From Tubulanus polymorphus (lineage: Eukaryota; Animalia; Nemertea): DNA of 64,000 bases. Below, one piece after another: positions 24,723-40,500 of this stretch. Position 1 is the stretch's first letter. Every line of letters starts with the position of its first letter. The position numbers and the translations under genes were made by a program. The DNA lies in assembly GCF_964204645.1 (NCBI RefSeq), contig NC_134028.1, positions 20,087,245-20,151,244 on the forward strand, read 5' to 3'. Below the pieces are notes generated by a model. The model had not been told where the DNA came from and made no database searches. It saw nothing but the letters and a program-made list of their open reading frames with translations.

Positions 24723-25557
24723 TTACTGACTAGGCTCCTTCTTACTCGATATCGCTCAACCAGTTAGCCGGGGCGAACCTTGCCTTGTGTTTGTTGGACG
24801 ATTACAAATAAAAATACTCAATTGCTTTATATAAACCCTACTCGATAGAACAAAAAATTCGATGATATATTCTTTGAAAATGGTTAAATTATCTCATCAT
24901 CCATGGTAAATTAAAATTCGACCTGGTATTCAATTGTGGATACATGAATCTTTATGAACTATTCATAAGAGGCAAAAACAATGATATAATTCAGTTGTTG
25001 TATCGTCGGACGAATATTGATCGATTTAGCCCGATTCTAACGTGGAAAATCAAATTCCAACATATTAAATTTCATGCATTTATTTCGAGAAGAAGCAAAT
25101 TTTAAGAATACATTGCAATGAAAAATTAGTCATTGAGAATTGTAGATTGCATAAATTATGAAAATATTTACACGACTCAAGAGCGATCAATAATCAAAAC
25201 AGATTTTTAACGGATATGGACTTATACCGGTCCACTTAGAGCAAAAAAAACACTCAAGTTCAATGCAAATATAATGTTAATGGAAGGTAAAGTATGTTTT
25301 GTAAATGATTCGGGCCTCTTACACTACTGTCCGTTGTAGTGACTGACTGAGTATAACGGTCGAGTCGGAGCCTTCTCAACGGATCCCTTCACACTACCAT
25401 CCTGTAGCGAGTGACTGAGCCGAGGATCAGTCGAGTTATTGGATATATCAGGTCAACTTCACTTCATCGTTTTTGAGCAATGCAAATAGAATAATTATCA
25501 ACATAATGTGCAGTAATTCAAACGAGACTTTAAGAAATGTCTTAAATCTTTCAGCGT

Positions 25558-28500
25558 TTAACTGATGATGATATTTCGTTTTTTAGATTTTTCCGACGAC
25601 TTCTTCATTTCCTCCAGTTCGGCCATTACGTCTTTGCTGTCGGCTTGTTTTTTAATGTAGTTCTCCAGCCTGTCGATGATCAAATCGACTCGGTTCGAAA
25701 GCTCACGGCACTTCTCATCCGCGCTGTCTTGGGCTCCTGTAAACCGAACACATCAAATCCACATATACCTCAGTGTAAGGAGGAAGATCAACGGATATTT
25801 GGATGTTGTTTGAGGTTGAAAAACAGCAGAAACTGTTTATCAAATTCAAAGGATGTTCTGAAAATACTATGCAAGGAATCTGTCAGGGAAATGTATAAAC
25901 ATTCAGTTCATGAGGATAAGTTGCGTTGAAAATTAGATTATAAACTGAAATTTGTAGAATTGGTCATTATACTACTTTTGGTATAAATAACGAGACGAGT
26001 AGTAACTAGTTAGCTTAACTAGTAATTAGTTCAAGAACTGTGAAACTAGTTTCGAATAAAGCCAATCTGCAAATGTACTGTAGAACTTAAATCCTGTCTT
26101 ACAAACACAAAATAACAAACCCAATTTCGCAAACAGCCGGGGAACGTGAAAAATTTGGGTTTATCGTTTGATTGTTATAGTTCAATTAATGTTGATGATA
26201 TGCTATAAAGATTACCATATATCAAGCTAGCATTATGTAGATAAATGTATCCAAGAAATAAATAGATTAGTTTACCTTCCAAATATTCCAACCGGCATTC
26301 TGTGGGATTCCCTTCTATTCTAGTCATACCGATGGCTTTTTTGAGTGACTGCATCATAAAATCAACAATTTCATACTCGTTCGCTTGTCCAGCTATGCAA
26401 TCCATCGCGTACGTGTAGCCCTCCAAAATGATCGCAACCATGAAGTTAACCATCATGAAATTTACGATGATAACGAATGCCACGAACATTAGCGGAGCCA
26501 TCACGGGACTGACTGCCTGCATTCGTCGGAAATTGAATTTATCTAGAATGGAGGTATATAATAGATTGAAACGTTATACAACTTAAATAATTTGGGCGTG
26601 AGAATGGTCGATTCTGAAACCTCAAAATGGACCCCCCTCCCCGTCACTTAAGCGCAACGTACACGATGCGGTGAAACACAGAAACAGGAAGCACGTGTTT
26701 CCCGTGTTTCTCTGTTGTATTTCCCTTTTGTGTTTCAAGCCCAATACATACGACAAACGAAAACACGTTTGACCTCGGAAACATCTTTTCCCGAAACAAT
26801 GTTTATCGTTTCTTGTAAACGCTAGTGATCGAGAGAAACGCCCAGAAACACGTTTCTATCACCTGTTTTCCCAGTGCTGCGTTCGTTGGGCTTTAATAGA
26901 GACCGAATGGGTGACACCCAAATCCGTAACGTCCGGATGGAACCCTCTGAACCTATATCCCTATAGTAGAACATCATTCAGTGAGATCCTAGTAATAACA
27001 CTTACTTAACATCATGTTCAATAATGTCTCCATACTAGCTATGAACGTTGAATATTCTCTTAAACGGACCATGAACTTCAGGTGACACAAACTAACAAAT
27101 CCGAAAAACAGAACTAAGAACACGACCATAAATCGCATTAGTGGCCAGGACAACCACTTCATCATCAAGGCCAGGGCGCAAATTCTTTTGTTAAATCGCA
27201 GGAGTTTCAGCCCTTGAAGTGTCGATAGGAATACGATCATTGCGAGTAAATAAACCGACAACTGTAAATATAGACAGATCTCTTTTAACATTATACAAAC
27301 AGATCACAATCACAAACGTTACATAGTTTATCATTTCCTCATTTCGTTAGTTTTATTCTGTGAAAATTACCTCGTCGTACAAAACGACATAGTCAAGATT
27401 TATGAATTTGGTCCTGTCCACCATCATTTCAGCCATCGCGTACGCCCCGAAGAATCTCACTATTTGCATGAATATGGCCACAAATCCCATGAGTATCACC
27501 GCAAACTCGTAAACATCCCAAAATGACTGTAAAGACAACGAACTTGAACGTTTATTGACGCCTTAAAATAACGCATATATTGCCTTAAATATTGTCGACA
27601 ACAAATAATTCGTTATAAATTATACAATATCAATGATCAAGAAAGTTATTTCGGATTTTAATATATCGATTATTGAATTGAATTGACTGGCAACCAGTCT
27701 AACACCGATTTATTGATGACTTAGTCCGCATCTTCAAAAAACTATTTATTGAAATTTATCAAAAATAAAATGAGAATCATGAAACATATCTAATCAGAAA
27801 GGAATTCCAAAATTCACAGTTTTAATTGTTATTTTGCAACGCCAATATTGATGACGTAGTACACATCGACTCAAAACAGAACGCCTTGTATAACGCAATC
27901 ATATAAACATTATTGTAAAGGTTTTGACGGCGTCAAAAGCCAGATAACGAATAGTTAGATAGTGAGTTATTCGAAAAAAAAGAAATTCAGTCAAATCCGA
28001 TGCAAAAAAATTACGTCTCCGTTCTAATCTTCATATGTTCACGCATTTTATACTTACATTAAAATATTGACGTCGACCGATTTTCCGCAGTCTCTTCGAA
28101 GCGCGCACCGCGAAGTAGATCAGGAACCCGAGAAAAATGAATTGGAAAAAGAACATCACTGAGTTCGTCGGTGTCATTCCTTTCTCCAGGCGCATTACTG
28201 TCACTTTATACTTTGTAAACGCCCCTGAATTGAGAGCACGATTCTGAATCAAACAATTGCATCAAGTGATATGGATTTTTTAATTGGGAATACAATTGGT
28301 TTTTTTCGATATTTGTTCATCTCAACACGTTTTCAACGGGCTTCGTGATATGGTGGCTACTACGGGCTCATACACATAGACAAAATTCGATATCTTTCAA
28401 ATATGAAATAAAATATACTTATATAAAAATGCAATCAATGAATCTTGAATTTGATAGGAAAACAATATTGGAGTTTTTGTCGACAGATAACCTTGTTTTA

Positions 28501-31500
28501 CAACTGTCTATAGTCAGGACTGTAATGTAGTCCATTGATCGGGCGCAGCCATATTGCATTAATAATCATAAGCTCCTCTTTATATTCACTATGTATGTGA
28601 TTACCTCCACTATTTAGGAATTCCACGAGGAGAAACGCCACACCATACAAGCGAACGTTGTTGTTGTAAAGCAAAAACTCGATGATGATACATCTTGTAT
28701 TCTTATCCAACCAGTTTCCAGCTTTAATCGTTTTTAGAGTGCGCAGAGCTTGTTTCGGCTGCGTTCCCAAATTCACTACGTAACCGCCACCGGAGTACGT
28801 GGCAAATTTCCCAGACGTAGGCGAACCCTTGAGTTTCCAGGCCGACGAGTAACCGAACCCATAATCCGGTTTATCGTTTGGATCTAGAATATTGAAATCT
28901 CTACATGTAAATTCAAGAAAATATAAACAACGTCCAAATCTAAAATTGACGTCGAGAGAATTGATTTCATTCGAATCATTAATGCGGGCATTTTATACGG
29001 GGGGGGGGGTTACGGCATCTGCCATCATTTCTCGAAGGAGCGATGGAATTCACTTTCAGGCTGGAACTACGCACTATGCATACATTAATATCTTATTTGC
29101 ATATTGAATTAGATACTCATTTTCCAGATGGCGTGTATTCACCTGATTTATTAACGGGAATCCATCCAGCTTTGTAATTCCCTTCTTCTTGGCTAAACAT
29201 ACTATAGCTAGGCCGGCACACATCACCAAATAACCGATCTAATCTCGAGTTACATGCGACTAAAACGATATTTACTACTAAAATGAATGTATAAGTACGT
29301 AAAAAGTTTATTTGGAAACGAAATTAAAGCAACTGTTCTCGATTACCGATGAACATATGAGTTGTATCTTTTAGAACCAATAGCGATTTAGCCAAAACAG
29401 GAAAACTTACCAGGTTTTGTTCGTAACTGACGTAGACGTGGAACGCAGACTCTCAACGCCTGTCGATCAACGATGTAATTCTTATATTTGTACCAATCAT
29501 CACCCGGGAACATATCGTACCCGAACATTCCAGGCACCAGCGATTTTTCGGCGTAATCCCAAAACTGATCGAAATTCCTCACCTGCAGAAACAGGCAACG
29601 AAAGTGACCGATGAAAACGTATCATAAGAAAATAAGAAATAAGATACCCCGAAATGCTGAGTATTTCATAATAGAGTATAGTATACTATAGTAGTTTACT
29701 TGTCCCCATCAATATGTAGAAAATGAATACCTTAAAACAAAATAGGTTACAGACATTGAAGTGACAGGAGTCCGAGTAGAGCAATAAAGGTTGTATTTAA
29801 AAGGATGTTCAGGCACCTCGACATAAAAACGAACAAATAAAATAAAAGAAATGAAAAGGGATGAAACGATGAAAAATGCAAGATAAATTTATGTCATGCG
29901 GAAGTCTCTCTGAATGAAAATATATTTTAAAGTGTACATCAATCAAGTAGCTTACTACTTACGAGGGTGCTGATGGTTGGGGCGGATTTAATGAGTGCAG
30001 GTTGGCTTTGCCAAATTGGAGGAACTTTACAGAGGAACGGCTTATTGAAAATGCTAGTTTCGCTGGCCTAGATTCTGGGGTGGTTTCGAGCTCTGGTATT
30101 ATATCTGTGATTAAATGAATTCCAATTAAATATATTTAAAATTTGTTGCGGAAGTTAGCTATTCACAAATCCGTATGCAAGTTTGATAAGTTCCAAGTTT
30201 ATCATATCTTCGAATTTCGGAATCTGGATCTTTTTACAAAGAGGCATCTCATTAGTTTAAGGGTTTATTAGAGGGTATTAAAAACGATCCAATTGCTCAC
30301 AACCATAAATAAATTGCCCATGGGCAAAGTGTGGTTTACCTTGAAAGCTAGAGGTTGTTTGGAGTAAGGGCATTGCTTGAAAAATCTTTTTAATTCGTGA
30401 CTTCAAAGATCCACAGTTTATATTGTATTTTATCTTTCCTAAAGAATTATTTTGTAGTCAAATAAGACCAAAGATATACATTTGTTTGCGGTCCACGTCT
30501 AAAAGTTTGTAGGGTACAGGTAGGCACGGCAGGGAAACTATTTTATATTTTCAAAAAAATATGTTTAATATAATATGAAAAAATATTCAAATAAGGCCAT
30601 CCCAAAATAATTGTCTGTTTGCTGCAACACCGACTCAACTTTTCAGGATGAGTCGGTAGGTAGGTAGAATTTTTTTTTTGCAAAATTTTTGGGCAAAAAA
30701 AAAACAAATTTTTCACCTTTGGGCTTTTTTACATGGAAACAATATCGCAAAAAATCATCTACGTTGCGCACAGGAAATTTGTCTAATAGCGTAGATTTCA
30801 AGAATTATTCTAAAATTATAACTTCGTCCAGAGCGTCATCTCTGTCTTAAAAATGAAACGGTACATTGAATATGTGCGCGCTTTCACGTTACCAGCTATT
30901 CAGTCACTTTAGTCACTATTAGAATGAATGGCAGCTTATTGGAACACTGCCAGTTTCCTGGAAACTTAAACTAGGCCACATGTCAAGGCATGTTTTCACA
31001 CCATGCACACTAGAATTCAAACATACGTAGCTCATAGTCGGTCGGCTGTTTTTATCAAAAATAAAATTTATTTCAATGAATCCTAGAAAAAAGTTTTCAC
31101 TCGGTACCTCTGAAGTCAGGTTGGTCGGGTTACGGCAAACAGACCATTATTTTGGGATGGCCTAAAATTCATCACATATCAGAGGGTGGCTGAATATTGT
31201 GTCTTGGAAACCTCTTCCAATGTTGGCCACGGAAGCTAAAATATCGGTGGTACAGAAGAAATCGGCTATTAGATCGTTTTAAGTCCTGGAATTTACCACT
31301 ACAATATTCAGACCTCGACAGACCTTTTAGTTTGCTGCTTAGTATTTTCAGGTCACAAGAAATTACAATTTATTACAAATTCTATCGAACAGAAAACACA
31401 GCGCTCATCTTCTGCTATGATTATTCAGCCTATTTTCATATCAAACGTTCACGCGTTACAGCATCACCGTAGTGTACTGTACGAGCTTGTGTGTGTGTGG

Positions 31501-34500
31501 TGTAGCACTCCGCGTGCATGTGGAGGCCTCGTGTAAGTGAATATTCGCTTACACCTCAATGTCAATCAAAACAATCACCGGGTATTAAAATGAAACAATA
31601 CCTATGGCAGATGAGTGAAATAATTACATCCTCACCAGCAATGAGCATTTGAAATCGGCACGTATACGGCACCTAGTCAAATGAAACGTACACCATTCTA
31701 TGGCTTTCCCATAATTTTAGTAGCGCCGGATATTCCCCGTATATCCAAAAAACAATCCCATTTGTTCGTAGAGACAACGCCCCCCCAATCGAGGTCATTG
31801 CAATTTTATACGCGAGAGCTAAGAATTTTCCCGCCAAAAACAGTTTTTCGTAGAATTTTAACTCAGTTGACCATGTCATCGACGGAGGTTCGCCATGTCT
31901 TCAATCGCATCGATTATACGTCTTTTAAGCCGAGAACCAATGAAACAAATGCTCACATAAAAAAACGTACCGCGATTTTACATGAATTGGCTCAATGCCA
32001 ACATCATATCGCTGACAAAGGTAAACCAAAAACTCACGGCGGATAAGGCATAAGTTCCAACGGTGTTGTTTCTGGTGTATCTATCGTTGTAGAAGATGTT
32101 CTCTATGTCTTTATAGAAATAGTGAGATCTCGTATCTCGATTTTCATAAGACAAAACCATCAGAATTCCAACATATATCGTGTAGAATATGATCTCCCAG
32201 ATAATGTTCACCATTTCGATTTCCTTAAGCCTAAAAGAGATGAGAATTGACCATGTTAACACGACAAAGAACAAGGTTGCAGTTTTGCGGGTAGGATCGG
32301 GGAAAAGAACTGAAATATTTATGTATGTCATTCCAACCATGAGTTAAACTTCGCTTACGGCTGAGGAACCACGTTTTAACTGGCTGCTTAGCGTTTAAAC
32401 CAAACAACAAATGAACTGTTACTACGATTCCGACTAAAAAGCATTTGGTCCTAAGTGTGAATACCATGTATCTCTGCCTTTGTCATCTTTATTGGAACAT
32501 GGATTCTTGATTCCATGATTGGAATGGCCTACAGTCTATTCCCTCTTATTCCAGATAGCTTTTAGTTCCTCACCATGTATATATGTCTTCAGTTTATCGA
32601 GGCTGTCATCTGACTTGATTTGTTTTGATTTATCTCTATTGCCTAAATTGTATTCATTCGTACGTACCTCTTATCCCTGGCAGCTTTAAGTTCTTCCTCG
32701 TCCGGCGGCAGTGGTATGGCTTTATATCGAGCGATTTTTTCTTTAATATCAGGCGAGTTGCAGTAAGGATCGTGCAACCACTCCTCGTTGTCCTTGAGGC
32801 TGTTGTCGTACTCGCTCTCGTCCGGTTCCTCAAGGTCGGGTTTCTTGATGATCAGGGCGTAAAGAAGGGCCAAAAACAAAACCTGAAAAATGTCAAGGGA
32901 AGTGAAATGACATGAAACGATCATTCATCTACTGAATGAAAAAACGAAAAAAAAGAGAAATATAATAATCTTTATTTATCTAAGCATAATAAATTACATA
33001 CAATTAATGTAAACATAATAATGGCAATCAATGCATAGAGATGTGATAACACTTCATCACAAAAGTAAAAAAAATGCAAAAAGTTCGAACCCACGTGAGA
33101 ATATACTATGGTGAATGTACTACGGTACCTTAATCGGTTGTTGAAGCATGATCGACTGGATGAGAGAAACTCCAAATGATGCAATCCACTCCTTAGAGCC
33201 TGATAACCCGAGGTCTTTGGAGAACATGTTCGCGAAATAGAAGCTCACTGCCACGGCAATAAATGCAAGCGTATGGCCGACAATCACACACCACCACGGC
33301 AAAACCACTTTCTTCTTTTTCTTTTTCTGGTCGTCTTTTTTCGGTGATTCTGGTATTTTCCCGTAGCCCGATGCGTCCGTGTAGCTGATTTTCTGACTGG
33401 TTTGGGAGTCGTTCCAAGGTCGTCGCGATGGTGTCGCGGATTTTCTTTCGCCTGAACCGTAAATAAGTACAAATGATTAGTTAGATAAGTAGCTAAATTC
33501 CAGTCAAAACGGGCTTGATTTAGGCATTTACGTGCCTGTATCTAGATACTCTTTTTCGTTTTGCAACTCTATTTCCATCGCCTCCGAAGCCTGGTCCGAC
33601 TTCATTTCGCTGTATTTCGAGTCGCACACGCGTTTTTTGCGACAACATTTGCCACAGGCGTTCGGTGGCCAGGGACCGGACATCCTGAACAGCAGCACGA
33701 TAAACACATTCACCGGTACGATTATCAACGACGCCAGGATAGAAACGACCAGTTGCTCGAGCGTAAACTTGATCGGCCCGATGACAATTTGCGTGACGTT
33801 TTGCCGCATCGCCATGGCCTTGTAGAAGGTCAAACTGGCCATCATCGACACGTAGACGAGGGTTAAACAACACGTCAATCTCTGAACGCGGGTGAAGTTG
33901 CTTTTCGGAGGTCTTTTAAAAACCGATAACCAAATATGCCCGTCGGAGAGGTCTTTGCGAGTTTTCGACCAGAATAGATAGTTGAAGGCTTTCATCTCGA
34001 TGTCTCCCGCAAGGGGAATTATTCTGTCGATCTGAAAAAACGCATCGACATATCTCAAGTAGACGATTGGTTCATTAATGCTAGTGGTCCATTAAGGCCT
34101 ACTAGTTTTTAACGTTATTACGTAGGTAGTAAATAATTAATTAAAAACGTTTATATTAACCATAACTTGCAAGGTCTGGCCCATTGCTAATTCCACTGCT
34201 CACGTTTCAAAAAGCAATCTACGTATATTTCGGATCATTTATTGCTTATCAGTGCTTATTTGATGAGAACTGTTGCAGCTAAGAACATGTTTTGGTTATA
34301 CATGTATCAGTTTTTACAATGCTTAGGCAAAACAACACATAAGGTCCCAGTGGAGAAGAAGGAATTGGAATGACACTCACCAAACCGTCTTCTTGTTCTA
34401 CGGCCAACCATTTGTCACAAATGAACAGATATCTATCCAGAGTTTGAATATCGGTTACTTGCATCTGGTTGAAAAACCAAGACGGATTCTTGCCACCATT

Positions 34501-37500
34501 ATCGTGCCAAATACTGAATGATACATTTCAAAATTAACTTTCTATCATTGAGATTAAATTAAGAGAAACTAAATAAGACAGTATGGTATCGAAGATTTAC
34601 ACTTGACAGTAAGAAATACGTATTAGTTCTCCTAATTCAGATGTTGATAGAATATCATTTAGAAATGTTTTAATGTATTAGTCAACGTATTACCGTAAAT
34701 GCGCTAAGTTTCCCAGCGGTTTCGGCACTACCATAATGAACGAATTAACATCGCCTTTTTGAAGAACCTTCCTTTTCTCATCCATTAAAACTCTGGGACC
34801 CGTATCACCATCTTCACCGGTCAATACAAACGATACTTGAGCTGTCGTACCTGAAAATATAAACACATGAGGACACGCAGGAAACACGTACGTAAGTCAG
34901 GTGATAGATCTAAGGAACTTTCAAAGGGAATACGAGATGGATTTCGTTCACAATACCGGCTTCTTTCGCTTCTCCTGTAGTTACGAGTATTTCATAAATG
35001 TATTTATCTCGGGGATCGTTATCCGGCAGCGGCGTGGAACCAGCCTATCGAAAAATAGGTATAATGATGTTAATACTATCCATTGATAATTCGTTAAAAA
35101 GCATTTTTACACAACATCATCTACAAATGTAAAACTATGCGTCAGTAACACAGTGAAGGGTTAGATACGACCATCAAGGCCATGTTGTCTCAAATACTCA
35201 AATAACATTTTTAGAGATTTTGACAGACATTTTTAGGGTTTTGACTGTGCAACTATCGGTCCAGAACATATCTTGTTATTGTAAATTTCTGAAACCTTAC
35301 CCTTACGAGATATTTTCTGTCGGCTTTAACAGCCCAGATCAGTAGAATTAAGTATAAACATAGTAGAGACACCATCGTACCGAACACCACTGGATTGTCG
35401 TTAGGATTGAGAAATCCGCCGCTAAAATCTATTTTCGGTAGAGGAATCGTAAAAGACGACCCGAACGTCGTCAAATGTGTGCATTTACACTGCGTGCTAT
35501 CACTAGTAGTTAGGTCACCAACCTGTGGTAGAACATAGATACGATTAGCGCCAGAGATTTCAAACTACAGCCAACCCCCGGTATACCGGCCACATCGGTT
35601 CAGAACGATTTTGACTATATGGAGAGTGAATGGCGGTATATCGGGGTGTTTTACTATGTATTTGTATTGAGATGTACATTGGCGGTAGGTGGGGGCGGCG
35701 GTAAATGGGAGGGTTATTAAATTTGACTGGTGGCCAGCGCCTCGAGTCAAGAACGAAAGAATACTTCAAGTGGATTTTACTCAAAACAAAGGAGGGCGGC
35801 CAGTCAAAACTAGATATTGATTATGACTAGGATCCAGAATGAATTTTGACCTCAGGGAGCTTCCTCAAAAATCGTATTCCACGTCAGATGAAGTAAGAGG
35901 GGTTTCCAAGAGGATATTTTACCGTGCAGCCAGCATTCGACCATTCTTCGGTCTTTGTATTCCAGTACAAGCAATCAGCAGTGAAAAATGATGCATTGTA
36001 AATAGCCTCCTTGTAATCATCGACAGTTGCATTGGCAGGATCTGCAAACGAATCGTAGACGGTATCTTGAAGAATTCGGAATAAATTTTCAAGAAATGCA
36101 TGTTTGCGTCATAGAATCGGGCATCTAACCTATAGTTCCATTCAAAGCCTTGATGCCAACATAAACTGGTTTATCGGTTCTGCAAAAAAAAGTCGTTCAG
36201 TATGATATGCAGGTTAAAATATCTGATTAAATCGAAAACTTACTCGCGCAAAGAATGACTTGAAATATTTTGGATTAAAACTGTTAAGCTTATGCAGAAC
36301 AATCAATACTTGGTGTCAATACATCGTTTACCCATTTAGAATGTTGTGGAACAAGCATGTATTCAGATCCCTTTCTGCTGCTGTAGAGCCATTCACATCA
36401 GTTTCAGCATGAAAGGGCAGCGTGCAGTTGAAATCATGTTTAGAAACAGTTGGACGTGAACCGACTTTGACGAAAACGACGAATCTCGTTATATTCTCCG
36501 AAAGAACAAAACCACCAGGAGGATCTTTAACAAAATTGAGAAACAATTCAGAAATGTGTATTCACACGCTTACTACGTGACCTGAAATGTTTAAGTCTAA
36601 TGATATCGGTTGCACCATTGACAAAGTTCATGTTCTTCGATATCATAATCTTTCATCCATGAATTCAAATCAACGCTTTAAAAAAACTTTCGCTGATAAC
36701 AACCGTAATTACAAATCAAGTTAACTCCGACCGTTCGTAGATTGTGTAGATGATGACAATAAAAAGGAGTGTGAGTACCTTTCATCGGGGCTGTTGTAGT
36801 AACATTAATTTTTGGATTTATCGACGGAGTTGAATTTGTCAGTGAAGTCACAGTTGCAGATGTCCCAGTGACAATAGTTTTGGTATTGGTTATACCGGCA
36901 GTTGTTGCGCCGAAAGTGGTAACATTGGTTACATCAGTTATATTGAATGAAGTAGTGTCCAATGTCTGGTCTGGAGTCTTAAAAATCTTGGAATTTGGTA
37001 AAGTAGTTCGGGGAGTACTACTGGAAGTTGCAGCGCTCGGAGAAGTAACGCTGGAACTCGAGGATGTAACCGTATTTGAAGTCGTGCTATTTGAAATTGA
37101 AGACAACTTTGTAGTTGGGGCTTGCTGCGTGTTGTTGTTGGTAGTCGATTCTGTTGTGCCGTTGACGAGGTCCGTGGCGTTTTCACTTAATACAACTTTA
37201 ATGCCGAGCGTTGCGTCAAGTGGTACCGTTATAGTATGGATCAGCATTTCCTCATTAGGCTTCGTCGATTCTACAACACTTATATCTGGAATCTAAGTAC
37301 ATTAAAAAAAAAAACATGATAAAGTGCAATATCTGATATTACTAATTAGCATTATCAACAGTTTCTTTGCTACGATATTTACGCCGTTTCGTTTCCTTTC
37401 GATAACTAGTACGATCGGGTCTGGCAGACCGCCAACGATCATCGGGTCACCGGTTTCATTTCTCATATCTAACGACAGTAGTCCTGACGTCACTTCCTTG

Positions 37501-40500
37501 GGTTTGGTTGCCGCGTTGTTACCGGTGTTGTTCGAAAACGTATAAATGTTTGAACTGATTGAAAGACACTTAAATACGAAGAACACGAAAACGTGTTAAC
37601 ATACATTGTTGATATCCGACAAAATATAGGAGAAATTGTATACTTAGAGCTTTTGATGTTCCACTAATACGAACCTTTGACTCTACAAAGTAAGTCGTGT
37701 CATTCCCTTCTCCGACTATCAACGAAGGGTTAGGCAAATCTATTTTATCCTTCGAGTTTTTCCTGCCAGGCGTGATAGGTTCTAAATTGCAAAAAGAAAC
37801 TCAATTAGTCGATTCAAATAGTAATAAATCGAACATTTTGATATTACGTACTTTTGGATAGCTCTCCAGAAAACCTCTTTTCCAGACTCATACTCATTGA
37901 TGCCGTTGTCATAACGCTTGGCTCGTCGCCGGGAACTTTTCGTTGCATCACAATCATAACCATACAAGATTTAACTAATGTGTCCAAATCCAGAATATAC
38001 TGTTTAGCCTAAAACGATCATAACAACATAAACATGTCTATTGGAAAGTCGCGTCATGCAAAATATTAGTTGAACAAACGATTGATTTTTATAATGGTAT
38101 CTGTTTAGTCATTTGTGTATAAACCTCATATTGTCTTCTAACCCCTAGCAAAATGTTGGCCATACGTACATGTATATCCTATTGTCTTGTAACCGAATTT
38201 GCATTATAGCCTTTTGAGGCTATATGTACTGGATAGTCAAAACGTGTGGCTTTATCTCACATTTAAACCTTCGCAGAAATTACATGCGTTTTTTTAGATG
38301 CGTTGGACTTTCGCGCTTTACCATCATCGTAAGAAATGAATCTTTGAACGACCGCGTTGGAAGGCTTATCGACGGCGTTCAACAGTGTCAATGAATACTT
38401 TTGACTCAGCCGTTAAAACAGTTAATTACATACCGTATTTACAACATCATCCAGTTTTAGCATTTCTTTCTGTAATTCAGCCGGAGACAAAGTTCTTGTT
38501 GGAGGAGTATTCTGTTGTTTACTATTCGGATTCAACATCGATTCATACATGGCAATTTCTTTTTGCGCATTTTTGCTGACCTCTCCAGCACCAATAGCCG
38601 CATTTCCTAAATTGAATAGACCCATTATACTAAGATAAATCTTCGAAACCTTAGATCAGAGAAAAGAAACAAAAGCCAATTAAGAACTTGAATTCGATCG
38701 CAGACCCGTGGCCCAAGAGCTGCTTCCACACTCCCAGTTCAAATTTGAATCAAGCATTAATTTTTGTCGTCGTATCAGAAATGATGATCATTTGGTTAAT
38801 AGGGTCTGGTCGCTTGAAGCCAGTAGTAAACTGATATGAGTTTTACGTTTGAGTTGAATACAATCGGAAAGGAATAATGTTCAGTATAGTTTATAGTGTA
38901 CAATCTTAGAAATAACCTACCGACCACTTCCAGTAAAAACCTGCTAACGCTCTCAATGTCTTCGGCGGAACTTTCAACTTGACCCGCGCGTTGAATTGAC
39001 ATATGACAGTAATCCGTCAGTATTGCGTAAAGCAATTCCTATTTGACATCAAAAGAAGATGGAAAACTTATAAGTAAACTGGAACTGTTTTCTGTAGACC
39101 TTATTTAGTGACGCAAGCATAATGGGTATTAAAGGGGTTCACTGAATTTCGACCCGCGAGATTCTTTTTTCGATTACTTTTACTCGCCAACCAACTTCTC
39201 TTGAAAATAAACTATATATATATAACCAAACTTGATGAAACCTTTCAGTGCGTCTACACCGCAGTGCGGGGTATAAATCGATAATGGACTTTGTTAGTAC
39301 GCCGCACTGGCTACCGCACTAGAAGGTATTGATTAGTCAGCACCGAAAGGGTTTTAATTAGATAAAATCGTTTCGTTACAACTTACAATCGTTCTAATGG
39401 ATAACTCGTCATGACGCGCTGTTACTACACCTAACGCTGAAGCTAGCTGGTTCAAAACGCCGATAGTAGGAGGCGTTATTGCTGTATATTCGCCCACAAC
39501 TAATTCACGATACTGAAAAATAAATCATGCGTCATCGGAGTGAGACCGATGCCAAATTTTTGGTATTTATCAAGTTGTCAGTTGGGACAAGTCCAAGAAC
39601 ATTTTCAAATCCTCGTCGGAGTTGTTAGTATCAGTCGTCCAAACCGTGCTCATTAATTGGGCTTAGATCAGCCCAGTAATGTCGGGTCAAATGTCAACCC
39701 CGAACAAAGGGTTTACTTGATTTGGTAGGACGGGATATGGTTACGGATGATACCGGTATTGAAATCCTCAATGGATTACCACTGGATTACCTTTTCTCTC
39801 ACTTTTTGTCTGGCAAGAAGGGATTCGTTCCTCGGTGGTATATTCGCTGCATCAAACGTTTGGTTCAGCGAATTCAAATCTGTTTATGTAAAATAAACAA
39901 GAAACGAATAACAGATCTCCAATCCCTTATTATCAAAATGAATTTCATAATTCCAGTCGTATAAACGATATGAATGCTGCTAAAGATTCAACAGAAGAAA
40001 AACAAATGGCTCAAAACCTCCATATCCAACCGTTTCAATGTCGTGTTAGAATTTGAGGACACCCTAAAACTAATGCGATCCGTTTAATATTTAATAGGCT
40101 TTATGTGCCATCGTGTAAAGAATGCTTACAATCGTTGAACTGTGCATCATCACTGGCCGCTTCGTTATTCAGATAGCCGCCGTATAAACCAATGAACTGA
40201 GCGAATCCTGCAAGATTAGCTGCCGCCAATTGATCCTGAATCTTCGCTTCAACCACTGACCACTTAGACAGAGTATTGGCGATAGTTTTAGGCGTAGGTG
40301 GCAGCACCTGTAAAAGTATTAGGCGGTTTATATTGCTGGACTACGAAAGCGCGGCTTTAAGATTTAGAAAACAACGTTGAAGTGGAATATATAAGAATTG
40401 CTATAATGCAGACCATGCCCGTGCAATCACATGCTGTCTTAAATTGTTACTAAGACACAAGCTATACACACGACCAAGCCACGTCGTATAGCTATTTTAA

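Noticed and set aside
31673-32046. ORFs 31673-31879 and 31681-32046 in a PKD1-like intron
   Set aside because: No recognisable motifs or splice context; probably repeat-derived.
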